The notes under the pieces are model-generated. The model did no database searches and had not been told where the DNA came from. It was given only the letters and a program-made list of their open reading frames with translations. The translations under genes and the position numbers were made by a program. Shown here in pieces: positions 63,783 through 64,000 of a stretch of DNA of 64,000 bases; within the stretch, counting starts at the first letter, position 1; the number at the start of each line of letters is the position of its first letter. The stretch is from Octopus vulgaris (Eukaryota): the NCBI GenBank assembly GCA_951406725.2, contig OX597820.1, positions 101,308,001 to 101,372,000 on the forward strand, in the 5' to 3' direction.

Positions 63783-64000
63783 TTAAGAGACTAAAATCCA
63801 AGAACACTAGTAGCTATCTTTATTGGTAAAGTTAAAAGTTTGTTAAAGTGGTATTTTATTGCTAGAAGAGTTTCTTGTGTTTTAGACCAATTCCTTCTTT
63901 GGGGAATGATAAAAGGTTCTCTTCATTCACAATCCATGCAGAGATGTAGTTGGTACGAGGGTTCAATTCCTTCTAGGTATTGGTGTGAAAAGATGCAAAG

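Overview
AT-rich, repeat-dense eukaryotic DNA. The SINE families and microsatellite load point to an octopus (coleoid cephalopod) genome; this is inferred, not searched. The window lies inside one + strand gene of the FAM135 family. Eight GT-AG exons (10116-51419) splice in consistent phase into the N-terminal/DUF3657 region and the start of the low-complexity middle region; the start codon and C-terminal alpha/beta-hydrolase domain lie outside the window. The introns carry a young 5'-truncated CR1-clade LINE with an uninterrupted 864-codon ORF, decayed RTE, CR1 and R4-like LINE fragments, several tRNA-derived SINE families, hAT and piggyBac MITEs with TSDs, and mariner/Tc1 remnants. The most notable signal is at least four unrelated families of short non-coding elements carrying minimal type I hammerhead ribozyme (HHR) folds, at or near (TA)n microsatellites. 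One core is canonical, one has an apparent G3:C8 swap, one has A6U plus an extra A, and one sits in the loop of a long palindrome. Several form long fold-backs, and in two of them one arm starts at or within 2 nt of the predicted self-cleavage site. This suggests Penelope-like/retrozyme-like mobilisation. All folds were read by eye and none is experimentally or computationally verified. Nearly all short ORFs in the supplied track are repeat or microsatellite artefacts.
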